Positions 35,754 through 45,908 of a stretch of 64,000 bases of DNA are shown here, one piece after another. Every line of letters begins with the position of its first letter. The first letter of the stretch is position 1. Location: contig CAVOJZ010000002.1 of the NCBI GenBank assembly GCA_963696395.1, positions 431,317 to 495,316 on the forward strand, read 5' to 3'. The translations under genes and the position numbers were made by a program. This stretch comes from an uncultured bacterium. Its GTDB lineage: Bacteria > Patescibacteriota > Minisyncoccia > UBA6257 > 2-01-FULL-56-20. Under the pieces are notes generated by a model. That model saw only the letters and a list, made by a program, of their open reading frames with translations, was not told the origin of the DNA and ran no database searches.

Positions 35754-36866
35754 TTAAGATTTTAAGATCGGCCTTAAAACGTAGAAATACGAAGTGTCAC
35801 TCGTTGAACGGATAAGCACCGGATTCGCTTCCTCCTGAAGCCCCAAGAAGATATCGTCTGTTTTTATTGCCTTCAAAGGATCTGCAAGGTAGCGCCAATT
35901 GAAGTAAATATCGCCAGGCTCCCCTTTTATCTTCGCCGCCAGCGTGTAAACGTTTTCGCCAAGAGCCTGATCTGAGGAGCGCATTTCGATAGCTTTCTTG
36001 TTTTGATGGGTATTAATCTTAACTTCGCTGTTTTTCTGTCCAAAAATACCGGAGAGCTTAATGGCGTTCGCAAATTCTTCCCGGTCTACAACGATTTCCG
36101 CCGTAAAATCATGCGGCACAATAGCGGAGTAGTCGGGAAACGAGCCCTCAATGAGCCGTGAGATGAGTTCGGTCTTTTCCGATTTAAAAAGAATCTGACT
36201 TTCGTCCATGGTGACGCGAATCATCTCTTCGTCTTTGAAAATACGGGTTATTTCAAGCCCGGTTTTCAATGGGAGAAGGACTTTAAATGGTTCCACTTTC
36301 TTCGCGGTAAATAAATTGGACGGCAAAGTCTTCTCCGCAAGCCGGAAGCCGTCGGTTGACGCCAATTTAAGATCCTCAAGCGAGAAGTTGAAAAAAATAC
36401 TATTGAGTTCGGGGCGGAGATCGGAATATTGCGACGCGACCGTCACCTGCTGAATCGCCTCTTTCAAAAAAGCGGCTTTGATTTCAAGGTATCCCTCGTT
36501 GTCTTTGATTTTTGGAGTTATCGGGAAATCATCCGGAGGCATTCCGTGAATGACCGCGCTGTAATTATCCGTTGCAACTTCAACGTCGTTTCCTTTTTTC
36601 TCAAAATTCAACCGGTCGCTTTGTATATTCCCAATGAGCCCGGAAAGGAGGGCAAGGGGCGCTGTTATTTTTCCTGGTTGGATCACTTTCCCGGCAACAT
36701 CATGCTTAATCGCAATTTCCAAATTCGTCGCCATGAATAAAATCGTATTTTCACTCACCTCGATGAGAATATTTTTCAGGATTGGTAAATTTTGGTTCTC
36801 GCCGGTCGCTTTTTCAATAATTGAAATTGCGTCTTTGATATTTGATCTGATGGCGATAAATTTCAT
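35754..36866 (-). CDS. dnaN: DNA polymerase III beta clamp
   Basis: LPILKNILI, ATNLEI, STDGFRLA, SRLIEGSFPDY; downstream of dnaA. Confidence 0.96.
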   Translation of the reverse strand: MKFIAIRSNIKDAISIIEKATGENQNLPILKNILIEVSENTILFMATNLEIAIKHDVAGKVIQPGKITAPLALLSGLIGNIQSDRLNFEKKGNDVEVATDNYSAVIHGMPPDDFPITPKIKDNEGYLEIKAAFLKEAIQQVTVASQYSDLRPELNSIFFNFSLEDLKLASTDGFRLAEKTLPSNLFTAKKVEPFKVLLPLKTGLEITRIFKDEEMIRVTMDESQILFKSEKTELISRLIEGSFPDYSAIVPHDFTAEIVVDREEFANAIKLSGIFGQKNSEVKINTHQNKKAIEMRSSDQALGENVYTLAAKIKGEPGDIYFNWRYLADPLKAIKTDDIFLGLQEEANPVLIRSTSDTSYFYVLRPILKS

Positions 36867-37012
36867 GGCTGGGTATTAGTAGTAGTATTTAGATTATATA
36901 AGAAACTTATTTTTATTAAGACTATTAGACACTGCGTTGTGGGGATAAAAATTTATTTCTTAATAATTTCCTGATATAGATCTGAATTTTTCAACCGAGA
37001 ACCTGTGGATCA
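36867..37012. other. Probable replication origin (oriC)
   Basis: AT-rich dnaA-dnaN intergenic region with DnaA-box variants on the minus strand (TTATCCCCA 36940-36948, TGATCCACA 37004-37012) and TAG/CTA trinucleotide repeats resembling DnaA-trios near 36876-36887. Confidence 0.75.
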
Positions 37013-38368
37013 ACTCTTAAAAATCAAATCCTTAATCATTAATATCTTCTGATTAAGAGCTGGATTTCTATTTGCCTCGTGGCTGATTTTCTCGTATGAG
37101 TGGATCGCCGTGGTGTGATCTCTCCCCAACTTCTCACCAATATACGGATAGGAAAGTTCAGAGATATCCCGAAGAAGATAGATTGCAATCTGTCGCGGAA
37201 GAACAACTTCTTTGCGGCGGTTGTGACTCACGAGGTCTTCGACAGAGATATTAAAGAACTCTGCGACCGTCTTTAAGATCTGGGCGTCGCTAACACGCTT
37301 TGACATGTTTTGCGTAGACTTTTCAATGATATCCGCGGCAATATCCTCCGTGATTTCGGTCTGCTTCCGCTCTTCATAAAACAAAATCTTTTTCAAAACG
37401 CCCTCCAACTCGCGGATGTTCTTACGGAGTTTTTTGGCGATGATATCAATAACCGGATCGCTCAGCTGGCGATTCATATCCTGAAGTTTGGCTTTAATAA
37501 TCGCTACGCGGGTTTCAAATTCTGGATACGCTATGTCGGCGATGAGGCCGCCCTCAAAACGCGACCTGAGGCGTTCCTCGAGCGTGGGGATGGATTGTGG
37601 CGGACGGTCAGACGAAATTATGATCTGCTTGTTATTTTCATACAACGCATTGAAAGTGTGGAAGAATTCTTCTTCGGTTTTATCTTTTCCGCCGATAAAT
37701 TGGATATCATCGATAATAAGAACATCAACGTCCCGGTATTTTTTCTTAATGCTTTCTATCCGGTCGTTTCTAATCCCCCAAACGATGTCCCGCGTGTACT
37801 GTTCAGAGGCGACATACTTTGGACGAACCCGTCCCTGGTACTTGTGAATGATCTCGTTGCCGATTGCCTGGATAAGGTGCGTTTTCCCAAGACCCACTCC
37901 GCCGTAAATAAAGAACGGATTATATTTTTTGCCAATTTCTTCGACGATCGCCGACGCTGCGGCGAACGCAAGCTCATTCGAGGGACCGACAACAAATGAT
38001 GCGAGGCTGTATTTTGGGTTAAGACCGGTTTCCGGATCGGTTTTGAAGTCCAAGTCCATCACCTCGGCCTTCGCGAGCGTGGCGGCGGCGTTTTGCGGCG
38101 CCATTCGCGCTACGGCGGCAGCCTTTGCGCCGACAACAAACTCAATTTTCTTTACCGAGCTGTCCAGGTTTCTTAAAATGCCGAGCAAATTCTTCTGATA
38201 TTTATTTTCCACCCATTCTTTTGCGAAATTATTGGGGAGTGCGACATAGAGAGTGCCATCGCGCTTGTCTATGAGGCGGCTATTCTTCACCCAAGCGACG
38301 AAGTGAGCCTTGGAAAGCTGCACTTCCATCTCACCAAGCGTCGATTGCCAAATTTGATCAAGATCCAT
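37010..38368 (-). CDS. dnaA: Chromosomal replication initiator DnaA
   Basis: YNPFFIYGGVGLGKTHL, IDDIQF, EEFFHTFN, RELEG, RDHTT. Confidence 0.98.
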   Translation of the reverse strand: MDLDQIWQSTLGEMEVQLSKAHFVAWVKNSRLIDKRDGTLYVALPNNFAKEWVENKYQKNLLGILRNLDSSVKKIEFVVGAKAAAVARMAPQNAAATLAKAEVMDLDFKTDPETGLNPKYSLASFVVGPSNELAFAAASAIVEEIGKKYNPFFIYGGVGLGKTHLIQAIGNEIIHKYQGRVRPKYVASEQYTRDIVWGIRNDRIESIKKKYRDVDVLIIDDIQFIGGKDKTEEEFFHTFNALYENNKQIIISSDRPPQSIPTLEERLRSRFEGGLIADIAYPEFETRVAIIKAKLQDMNRQLSDPVIDIIAKKLRKNIRELEGVLKKILFYEERKQTEITEDIAADIIEKSTQNMSKRVSDAQILKTVAEFFNISVEDLVSHNRRKEVVLPRQIAIYLLRDISELSYPYIGEKLGRDHTTAIHSYEKISHEANRNPALNQKILMIKDLIFKS

Positions 38369-38514
38369 GGTGAAATATTTTTCTGTTGGGTTAATTATTT
38401 ATCAAGCGTACATCTCTTGTCAAAGTATCGCCATGTTGCGTTCTGGGGATTTCGTGTGCATAAGACATTCTAGAGCACTTGCGGGAGATTTGCGAGAGTG
38501 ATAGAGTCATAGGC

Positions 38515-38649
38515 ATGTCGTTCACGTACAAACCAAAAAAGAAAAAGCGAAGCCGAACCCACGGGTTCTTGGCGCGCCAACGAACAGCAACCGGCAGACA
38601 GGTCCTTTCACGCCGCCGGGCCAAAGGACGAAAGAAGCTAACCGTGTAA
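38515..38649 (+). CDS. rpmH: 50S ribosomal protein L34 (below the ORF-track size cut-off)
   Basis: [44 protein letters not shown]. Confidence 0.96.
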   Translation: MSFTYKPKKKKRSRTHGFLARQRTATGRQVLSRRRAKGRKKLTV

Positions 38650-38951
38650 TGCTGCCAAGGAAAAGGCGTTTGCCCTACGCGGAATTTCAATCGCGGGGAT
38701 ACAAGACGCAAAAAACGCCTTTTTTCTCATTGAAGATAAAATCAAACGACGGAAAGGGCCCGAGGATCGGAGTGATTGTCGGAAAGTCCGTTCATAAGGC
38801 CGCAGCAAAAAGAAATTTCTGGAAACGGCAGACGCGGGATGTACTCGCACCGCTTGTACGCGGAGATTGCGACGTCGTCGTCATTCTCTCGGCGCGGGTA
38901 AACGAACTTTCAAAGCTTAAATTCCGACAAACACTCAAAAATTATGTTTAA
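38649..38951 (+). CDS. rnpA: Ribonuclease P protein component
   Basis: RIGVIVGKSVHKAAAKRNFWKR (RNR-like motif); synteny. Confidence 0.88.
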   Translation: MLPRKRRLPYAEFQSRGYKTQKTPFFSLKIKSNDGKGPRIGVIVGKSVHKAAAKRNFWKRQTRDVLAPLVRGDCDVVVILSARVNELSKLKFRQTLKNYV

Positions 38952-39672
38952 TTGGTTCCAATATATTTTTTATCGGCCAATACTGAACCTTTTGATTTTC
39001 TTTTACGATACGATCGCCGTCCACAATCTTGGACTCGCGATTATTCTCGTCACGCTTCTCATCCGCTTCGTCCTCTTCCCGTTTTTCCACAAAGGCGCGA
39101 AGCAGCAGATGCTCATGCAGCGCATCCAGCCGAAAGTAAAAAAGATTCAGGAAGAGCACAAGAAAGATATGACGAAGCAGTCGGAGGCTCTCATGGCGCT
39201 TTACAAAGAACACGGCATCAATCCATTTTCAAGTTTTCTTCTTCTGCTTATTCAGTTGCCGATCCTTATCGCGTTGTACTGGGCGGTGCGTTCCGGGCTT
39301 GGCTCGGGAGCGATCGTTGGTTTATATTCTTTCGTTCCCGCACCGCAAACCATCAACACTCTTTTTCTCGGCTTCATAAATTTAGCAACGCCGAGCATCA
39401 CGCTCATCCTGCTCGCCGCTGTTGCGCAATATTTTCAGGCTCGTCTCGCAATTTATAAACAGCCGGCAGGCCAGGCACTTTCGCCCGCAGAAAAGATCGC
39501 CCGCCAGATGTCCTTCATCGGTCCAATCATGACAATCGTTATTTTCTATGGCTTACCGGCCGCCGTCGGTCTCTATTGGCTTGTTGCATCGCTCTTTTCA
39601 ATAGTTCAACAGTTCTTCGTAAACCGGCATTTGGAACAAAAATTTGGAGCGCCGGGCCTGCCTTCGGCATAA
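38944..39672 (+). CDS. yidC: Membrane protein insertase YidC
   Basis: GLAIILVTLLIR, IQPKVKKIQE, LYKEHGINP, GLYW. Confidence 0.94.
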   Translation: MFNWFQYIFYRPILNLLIFFYDTIAVHNLGLAIILVTLLIRFVLFPFFHKGAKQQMLMQRIQPKVKKIQEEHKKDMTKQSEALMALYKEHGINPFSSFLLLLIQLPILIALYWAVRSGLGSGAIVGLYSFVPAPQTINTLFLGFINLATPSITLILLAAVAQYFQARLAIYKQPAGQALSPAEKIARQMSFIGPIMTIVIFYGLPAAVGLYWLVASLFSIVQQFFVNRHLEQKFGAPGLPSA

Positions 39673-39728
39673 AAAAGTTTGGTCAGTAGTTGATTTTTTT
39701 AACGAAATATGAAATAGTACCAGGAATC

Positions 39729-40178
39729 ATGGACTGGGAAATTTTCATTAAAAAAACATTCGACTTGCTTGGGTTTAAGGATTATCGCCTTGATGTGAAG
39801 TTGGAAGAAAAACGCGCTTCACTTTTCATTTACGAAGATCAGAATCTTGTGCGTGAGAACTTGCCGCTGATTGTGGAAGGGATAAACCATCTCATCCAGA
39901 TGGTTGCAAAGAAGCACGAAACTGAAACCATCTTCCTCGACGTCAACAATTATCGTCAGGAGCGGGAAAATCTTATCGCTGAACTTGCCCGAGCCGCAGC
40001 GAAAAAAGCGCTCGCAACAAAAGAGGCAATTTCATTGCCAGCGATGAATTCCTACGAACGGCGTCTCGTACACGTTGAACTCGCCATTCATCCCGAAGTG
40101 CGGACCGAGAGTGCCGGCGAAGGCAAAGAACGATATGTCATTATCAAACCGATAACAGAAGAAAAGAAAGAGGCATAA
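39729..40178 (+). CDS. jag: Jag/KhpB-like R3H RNA-binding protein
   Basis: DVNNYRQER, LPAMNSYERRLVH, TESAGEGKERY. Confidence 0.85.
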   Translation: MDWEIFIKKTFDLLGFKDYRLDVKLEEKRASLFIYEDQNLVRENLPLIVEGINHLIQMVAKKHETETIFLDVNNYRQERENLIAELARAAAKKALATKEAISLPAMNSYERRLVHVELAIHPEVRTESAGEGKERYVIIKPITEEKKEA

Positions 40179-40206
40179 AAAACCGGGCATCACTGCCCGG
40201 TTTTTT
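40177..40206. terminator. Bidirectional terminator
   Basis: AAAAAACCGGGCA/TGCCCGGTTTTTT. Confidence 0.8.
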
Positions 40207-41461
40207 ATTGCTGCAAGGTGAGTGCGTAGAGCTTGTTCGTGTACCGGTCGATAAAGAATATTTCGTTACCTAATGTTTTGAGATCGGACACGTCAACGTT
40301 TTGATTCGGATCGCTCCACAACGTTTCAATGTTTCCGGTTTGGGTATTGATGCGATAGATATTGTCCGACGTGAAGAGCGCCATCTGATTGTAGTCATCT
40401 GGAAGATGTGCGGCTGCAAACGAAGCTGCGTCGCGCGGGATGCCGCAATAGAGGGCGAGATAATTGCTCGAGCTTGTTGCGTTGGCGACGGTTGTCGTTG
40501 CAGTTGCGAAGCCGCACTTTGTCGGCAGCGTGCTGATGGCTAAATCCTGGAGAACATTTCCGGAGGTGTCTATGAGAGCTAGGGTATTTGCTCCTCCGGT
40601 ACTCAGCGCGTATGAGAGGAGGCCTTCCGGTGTCGCGATTTGCGAGGTTGGGCTCCAGACGCTTTCAATTCCGGCGACTGGACCGGCAAGCAACGTAAAA
40701 CTTTGCTTAGAAGCATCAAACATGATTGCAGAACCGACGGCTTCCGAGCTCGGCCTATCCGATAAGACAAACTGGCTCTTGCCAATCCACTGGAGCGAAA
40801 GATCCTGGACATACAGAGATGTGATTTCTAAGGGAGTTTTTTTAACATTTGAAGTGTCGATCGTGGCGAGGCCTTCTTTGCCGGTTGCGACATTCGCAAG
40901 GTATGCGATGCGGTAATCCGAGGGCGACCAGGTTGGGGACAGCATCCCTTGTGGCAACGCCATCCATGTGGCGGAGGCAACATTGAAGACGCTGGTTTGT
41001 GGGTTATTCGGATCACCAAAAGAGAGAAGAGCTTTCTTCCCATCAAAAGAGAAAGATCCGGCAATAACATTGCTGGCGGTTGACGAGCTGATATAAGATG
41101 TCTGCCCGTTTGCGATCGTCGCAACAACACCATTCGGCTCAAGAATAAGGATTGTATTATTTGGTTCTACGAAATAGTTTAAAACCGGATCGTTCGATAG
41201 TGGGCCAAAGCTGCCGGCAACAATCTGTGAGCTCGTAGGGCTGGTCTGACTCTCTGTGCTGGTTGCGCCTGCTCCCCCTTCGCCAGAGTTTATGCCGGTC
41301 GTGCCTTGAGTTCCCGTGGACGGCAGAGAACCGGTGGTGCCGGTTCCGGTTGTTGCAGTACCAGGAAGATTAAACGAGCCGCTTTTCCAAAGGTAGAGTC
41401 CGAAAACAATTGCCGCCGCGATGATGACGAGAGCGATTAAAATGTATATATAGCGTTTCAT
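40205..41461 (-). CDS. Membrane-anchored extracellular beta-propeller-like protein
   Basis: N-terminal TM, T/G/S linker, FSFDG and WSPSD repeats. Confidence 0.75.
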   Translation of the reverse strand: MKRYIYILIALVIIAAAIVFGLYLWKSGSFNLPGTATTGTGTTGSLPSTGTQGTTGINSGEGGAGATSTESQTSPTSSQIVAGSFGPLSNDPVLNYFVEPNNTILILEPNGVVATIANGQTSYISSSTASNVIAGSFSFDGKKALLSFGDPNNPQTSVFNVASATWMALPQGMLSPTWSPSDYRIAYLANVATGKEGLATIDTSNVKKTPLEITSLYVQDLSLQWIGKSQFVLSDRPSSEAVGSAIMFDASKQSFTLLAGPVAGIESVWSPTSQIATPEGLLSYALSTGGANTLALIDTSGNVLQDLAISTLPTKCGFATATTTVANATSSSNYLALYCGIPRDAASFAAAHLPDDYNQMALFTSDNIYRINTQTGNIETLWSDPNQNVDVSDLKTLGNEIFFIDRYTNKLYALTLQQ

Positions 41462-41883
41462 TGGCCTGTTTTTTGGAGGGGTGGCAGCGCTGGCAAATCC
41501 AAATGGGTTAGATTTGGGTTTACAGTATTTAATATAAGATATGCGCCTACGAGCAAGAGTAGCCCGAGGAGGGCGCTCTCGATCCAGGCTTTGGCCTCGC
41601 TTTGCGAAGACGGATTTCCTGCGGCAGTCACATATCTTACGCCGCCATAAACGACAGCTCCGAACGCCAGGAGGCCACCGATCATAAGGGCAAACTGGTA
41701 AAAGCTGTTAATGTAGTTGCCAGGATTGCATCCCTGCGATGACGGATTGGAGCAAGGGCTGCTTCCGCCGTTCACGGCGGGCAAAGATAATGAAATTGAG
41801 GTGGCGTGAGCAAGCGAGACAAGGGAAATGCCAAACGCGAGAAAAAGCAACACCAAAGTTTTTTTCATAGACCAGTTTATCAT
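41458..41883 (-). CDS. VirB2/TrbC-like pilin
   Basis: Signal peptide, then GGLLAFGAVVYGGVRYVTAAGNPSSQSEAKAWIESALLGLLLLVGAYLILNTVNPNL. Confidence 0.8.
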   Translation of the reverse strand: MINWSMKKTLVLLFLAFGISLVSLAHATSISLSLPAVNGGSSPCSNPSSQGCNPGNYINSFYQFALMIGGLLAFGAVVYGGVRYVTAAGNPSSQSEAKAWIESALLGLLLLVGAYLILNTVNPNLTHLDLPALPPLQKTGQ

Positions 41884-42584
41884 AACGTCGGTTGATAAGT
41901 GAGGTTCGCCGAAGCTGTTGCCTGCGTTGAATCGTTGGAATTTTGGACGGTGACCGAAGCAATAAAGGATGTTCCCGCTGCAGTTCCCTGCGGGAGCGTG
42001 ATCTGAGCCACGTTTGGGTTTTCAGTATTTGAGCCCGATTGATTATTAACCGTCCACGCATAAGAAAGATTTGAAGGAGAGGCGGTATTAAAAAAGTAAG
42101 GGATTGCGGTGACGGTAACAGGGTTGGAAGAAAATTGTCCGGCCGGGTAGGGAGCATCGACAACAACTTGCGGTTGTACCATCGGGATGTCGATTGTGCG
42201 CAGAAGGAAGCCGCTGGGATAAAACGGCAGCTCAACCTCGAGCGTTGTCACGTTCGGAGGTTGACCAAGCGGAGGGAATGAAATGCTTTGCACTCCAACG
42301 CCACCTCCCAAAAGTGTGTCTGTATTATTTAAATACCAATAGATGGTCTGACCGGAAAGATCGACTAATTTTCCATCAGAGATGATTTCGAGCGAGGCCG
42401 TAATCGTTGATCCATAGGTTGGGAGCGCTTTCCCGGGATATGAAGAAGGGATATAGCTTCCAGACGTCTTCCACGTGATTAAAACTTGAGGCGTGGCTGC
42501 GAAGGCAAAATGTGCGCTCAATAAAAGAGAGAGAGCCATTGACGCACCAAGGCCACTGAGCGCGATTTTAATGGGTCGAATCAT
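41880..42584 (-). CDS. Secreted Ig/PKD-like hypothetical protein
   Basis: Signal peptide ending AFA, YPGKALP, IYWYLN, YAWTVNN. Confidence 0.75.
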   Translation of the reverse strand: MIRPIKIALSGLGASMALSLLLSAHFAFAATPQVLITWKTSGSYIPSSYPGKALPTYGSTITASLEIISDGKLVDLSGQTIYWYLNNTDTLLGGGVGVQSISFPPLGQPPNVTTLEVELPFYPSGFLLRTIDIPMVQPQVVVDAPYPAGQFSSNPVTVTAIPYFFNTASPSNLSYAWTVNNQSGSNTENPNVAQITLPQGTAAGTSFIASVTVQNSNDSTQATASANLTYQPTL

Positions 42585-42628
42585 ATCCTTCTTTCTTTAA
42601 TTGTAGCAAATGGAGGATGGGGGTGAGC

Positions 42629-43450
42629 TTAAGCAGCCTCTTCCTCGGGTTCTTCTCCGCCCTCTTCTTGTTGTTTGCGCGGTTGGTCTCGTTCGTCAAG
42701 ATGATTTATGATGTCGCGAACTTGTTTAACACGGTGATTTTCGGACCCTCTTTCTGTTTCTCCTTCTTCCTCTCCCGCTTCTTCTGTCTCGCCGCCCATT
42801 TCTTCGGGGGTTTCTTCGAATGTCTTCTCTTCGAGTAACTTCATGGGTTCTTCTTCTGTCTCGCCGCCAAGCTCTTTTTCGATCTCTTCTTCGTGCGCCA
42901 TTTCTTCGGGCGATTTTGCTGCTCCTTCGGCAGCTTCGGTAGTTGTCTCTCCGGCCTGGCCGGCCCCCCCAGCCATTTCTTGAGCCGCCACTCCCGAGCC
43001 CTCGGCTCCTTCGGCGAGAGCTCCAGCCGCTTCGGTGGCCGTCGCTGCTGCCTCCGCGCCGACTTCGGCAACCTCGGCTCCTTCGAGCGCTTCCCCGGCT
43101 CCCGCCGTAGCGAGGGCAACGCCTTGGATAATAGCCTGCTTTGCGAAGAAGGCGACAAATTTATTTGACAACAACACCCCAAGAACAACTCCAACGGTAA
43201 GAAGGGGCAGGGGGATTAGTATTGCGAGGATTACCGCCAGCTTTGCCAGCCAGCCTTGGGCCTTAGGGAGGAAGAACGCTCCCATTAGGATGCCGGCGAA
43301 ATAATGAGCAAACAGAATGCCGGCCAAAAAAGCGAGCCCGATTCCCGGAATTAACACTCCGATACAGAAAACAAAAGCGAAATCACCGAGAACTGCGGCG
43401 AGGAAACCGGCGATGACGCCAATGTCAGTGATGTCAAAGCCCTCCTTCAT
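42629..43450 (-). CDS. Membrane protein with a long acidic Glu/Ala-rich C-terminal tail
   Basis: About 3 hydrophobic segments followed by an E/A/G-rich region. Confidence 0.75.
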   Translation of the reverse strand: MKEGFDITDIGVIAGFLAAVLGDFAFVFCIGVLIPGIGLAFLAGILFAHYFAGILMGAFFLPKAQGWLAKLAVILAILIPLPLLTVGVVLGVLLSNKFVAFFAKQAIIQGVALATAGAGEALEGAEVAEVGAEAAATATEAAGALAEGAEGSGVAAQEMAGGAGQAGETTTEAAEGAAKSPEEMAHEEEIEKELGGETEEEPMKLLEEKTFEETPEEMGGETEEAGEEEGETERGSENHRVKQVRDIINHLDERDQPRKQQEEGGEEPEEEAA

Positions 43451-43458
43451 TGAAAAGA

Positions 43459-45198
43459 TTATGCATGCTCTTTCTCGTCGAGCAGTTGTTCGGGGTTCGT
43501 CGTAATAATCTGGTCTTCAAAATAGGAAGGCACAATCTGGATCGCAACGTGCCGTTTGCCGGCGAAGAAAATACCGGTTCCGATTTCCGCCCCCAGGAGA
43601 AAACTCTTTTCCGCTTCGGTGAGATCAAATGCTTTTGCAACAATATCAATGGTCGCCGGCGCCTGTTTCAAGAGAAGTTGAATCGAAGAGTTTGTTATGA
43701 TCGGGCGGCCATACGGCGAGCGCAGAAAGTCTTCAACATCCTGGGTGATCGTTGAGACTCCAAGATAATATTTGCGGGCGCGCTTCACGAGGCCAAAAAG
43801 GAATGTTGCACTATCTTCGTTTTTCATCATGATCCACGCCTCATCAATAAAGAGAAGCCTCTTCGCAAGCTTCGCCCGAATTAAGCTCCAGATGAAGTTC
43901 AAAACAACGAACATTCCAATCGGGCGCAATTCCTCTTCAAGGTCTCGGATTGAAAAAACAATGAGGCGGTTCGCGACGTCAATATTTGTCGGCTGGTTGA
44001 GGAATCCTGCGAAACTGCCCTTGGTATATTTATAGAGCTTTTCCGCGAGGTCGCGGCCACCTTCAAGGTTTCGTAAAACGGTTTCGAGATCCCCTAAAAG
44101 CGGAGGCTCTTTGCCGGTGAAATCCGCATCTTCCGTCGCCACAATGTCGCGCGATGCATATGTCTCGGTGATTGCCCGGTCGAGAAGAGCGTCTTCCTCC
44201 GGCGTGATCTTGCCGAGCATCAGTTTCAAGAGGCTCGCGAGCGTCACGATGTGCGATCGCAAAACATCGGACGGCGATTCGTCGTCGGGAACCAACGGCA
44301 CATCGAACGGATTGATATGTTCATGCGACGAAAGCGAGATGTTGAACATGCTGCCGCCAAAAGTTTTTGCGAGGCGTTCGTATTCGTTTTCCGGGTCAAT
44401 CACGAGCACCATATCAATGCCGGCCATGAGAGATCGGATGATTTCCAGCTTTGTTGTATATGATTTTCCGGATCCGGATTTTGCGAAGACAACCTGGTTG
44501 GCGTTTTCCAGGGAGAAGCGGTCAAAAATAACGAGATTGTTGTTGTGCAGGTTTATACCGTACATAATCCCCTCGTTCGAGGAAAGATCTTCCGAAACAA
44601 ACGGAAAAAATGACGAGATGGGCCCTGTGTTCATCGGTGTGTAAACCTGCAGCTTGTCGGAATCAACCGGCAAGATTGAGAATAGGCCCTCGAGCTGTTC
44701 AAAGAGAGCCGGTTTCAGATAGATCAACTTTGCCTCCATCATGCTCACAAGCTTGCTCTCGAGTTTGGCAAGCTCATCTTCGGTGTCGGCGTAGATCGTA
44801 ATGTAAACGCCGGTATCAAATAATTTTTCTTCCGACTGCTGGAGCGAATCGCGAAGATTTTCAACATCCTGCACGGCCGTTTCGAGCATCGGATTGCGGA
44901 CGAGTCCCTTTTCCTGTTCGTCTGCGATTTGCGATTCGAGCTGGCCGGCTTTCTTGCGCAAGTTTTTCAGGGCGACACCCGTGTCGATCGGGTTCACATA
45001 GATTGCAATGTCGAAAAGATTGGGGAGATTGATCAGCGGCTCAAACCAGCCCGTGGAAAGATAGCGCGGATAGGAAAAAACAAAAAATGTTTTCGCGAGC
45101 TTATCGCCGATTTTAAGGTAGTTTGGGAAAACCTGCGCGCCTGCGGGAGCGATAATTTTTTTAATATCTTTGAAATCTTGAGGGGAAGTATCCGGCAT
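43459..45198 (-). CDS. VirB4-like conjugal transfer ATPase
   Basis: Walker A AKSGSGKS, VIDPENEY, INPFD, Walker B FIDEAW, RARKY, ITQDVEDF. Confidence 0.9.
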   Translation of the reverse strand: MPDTSPQDFKDIKKIIAPAGAQVFPNYLKIGDKLAKTFFVFSYPRYLSTGWFEPLINLPNLFDIAIYVNPIDTGVALKNLRKKAGQLESQIADEQEKGLVRNPMLETAVQDVENLRDSLQQSEEKLFDTGVYITIYADTEDELAKLESKLVSMMEAKLIYLKPALFEQLEGLFSILPVDSDKLQVYTPMNTGPISSFFPFVSEDLSSNEGIMYGINLHNNNLVIFDRFSLENANQVVFAKSGSGKSYTTKLEIIRSLMAGIDMVLVIDPENEYERLAKTFGGSMFNISLSSHEHINPFDVPLVPDDESPSDVLRSHIVTLASLLKLMLGKITPEEDALLDRAITETYASRDIVATEDADFTGKEPPLLGDLETVLRNLEGGRDLAEKLYKYTKGSFAGFLNQPTNIDVANRLIVFSIRDLEEELRPIGMFVVLNFIWSLIRAKLAKRLLFIDEAWIMMKNEDSATFLFGLVKRARKYYLGVSTITQDVEDFLRSPYGRPIITNSSIQLLLKQAPATIDIVAKAFDLTEAEKSFLLGAEIGTGIFFAGKRHVAIQIVPSYFEDQIITTNPEQLLDEKEHA

Positions 45199-45199
45199 A

Positions 45200-45892
45200 T
45201 TATGTGCTTATAGCGGCGTTGGTTCCGCGTTCGACGGTTTGTGGATTGTAGAAATTATAGAATAGCTCGACGAGCTCCTGATTCCCAAGAATGGTTGTTT
45301 CAAGGCCGATGCCCAGGAGCCCTGCGACAACCTGATTTACCCGTTGCGTAATCTGGCTGACGTTTTCAGCAAATGTTTTACTGAGCGTCTCTTGTGACTT
45401 TGCCGCCTCTTCGGCGTTTGGTTTTTTCTTGTTGCCAAAAAAAGGAAGAGCGCTTAACAACCCCTTCCCTGATGTGGGCAGGGCTGAGCCTAATGGATAG
45501 AATGGCACAACCACCAGGAACGTCTTTTCCATGATGGCGTTTTTTGCCACAAAGCCTTTCACAAACTCGGCATATTCATCGATCTGATTCTGCAAAATGG
45601 GCGACGCTTCAATGTCTTTGCGCTTGATAAGCCCCTCTATATATTTGTCGATGTTAACCTTCCTTGAGTGGATGAGAATTTGGAGGGGGAACTCAACGGT
45701 ATTAAGGAATGTTTGGTACGCCTGCGTAAGGATGGTTTGTTCAACTTCGGATTTCAGGGCAAAATTGACGCCGCCGACCATAACGATCTGACGTAAACTG
45801 CCATCTTTTAGGATCACGATGCTGTCGCGGATTTCCTTAATGTCTACCAGGTCGAGCGAATTGCCAAAATCTTGTTTTGAAGGGAGCGCCAT
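45200..45892 (-). CDS. VirB4-associated protein (TraC/VirB4 N-terminal-like)
   Basis: EIRDSIVILKDG, VNFALKSEVEQ, FPLQILIHSRK, ELFYNFYNP; adjacent to VirB4. Confidence 0.7.
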   Translation of the reverse strand: MALPSKQDFGNSLDLVDIKEIRDSIVILKDGSLRQIVMVGGVNFALKSEVEQTILTQAYQTFLNTVEFPLQILIHSRKVNIDKYIEGLIKRKDIEASPILQNQIDEYAEFVKGFVAKNAIMEKTFLVVVPFYPLGSALPTSGKGLLSALPFFGNKKKPNAEEAAKSQETLSKTFAENVSQITQRVNQVVAGLLGIGLETTILGNQELVELFYNFYNPQTVERGTNAAIST

Positions 45893-45908
45893 GCCATTAT
45901 TTTACCAT

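Noticed and set aside
37310-37999. 229-aa plus-strand ORF and similar long overlapping ORFs (e.g. 10890-11471, 32720-33244, 60151-60750)
   Set aside because: Antisense shadows of well-conserved genes, with no recognisable motifs
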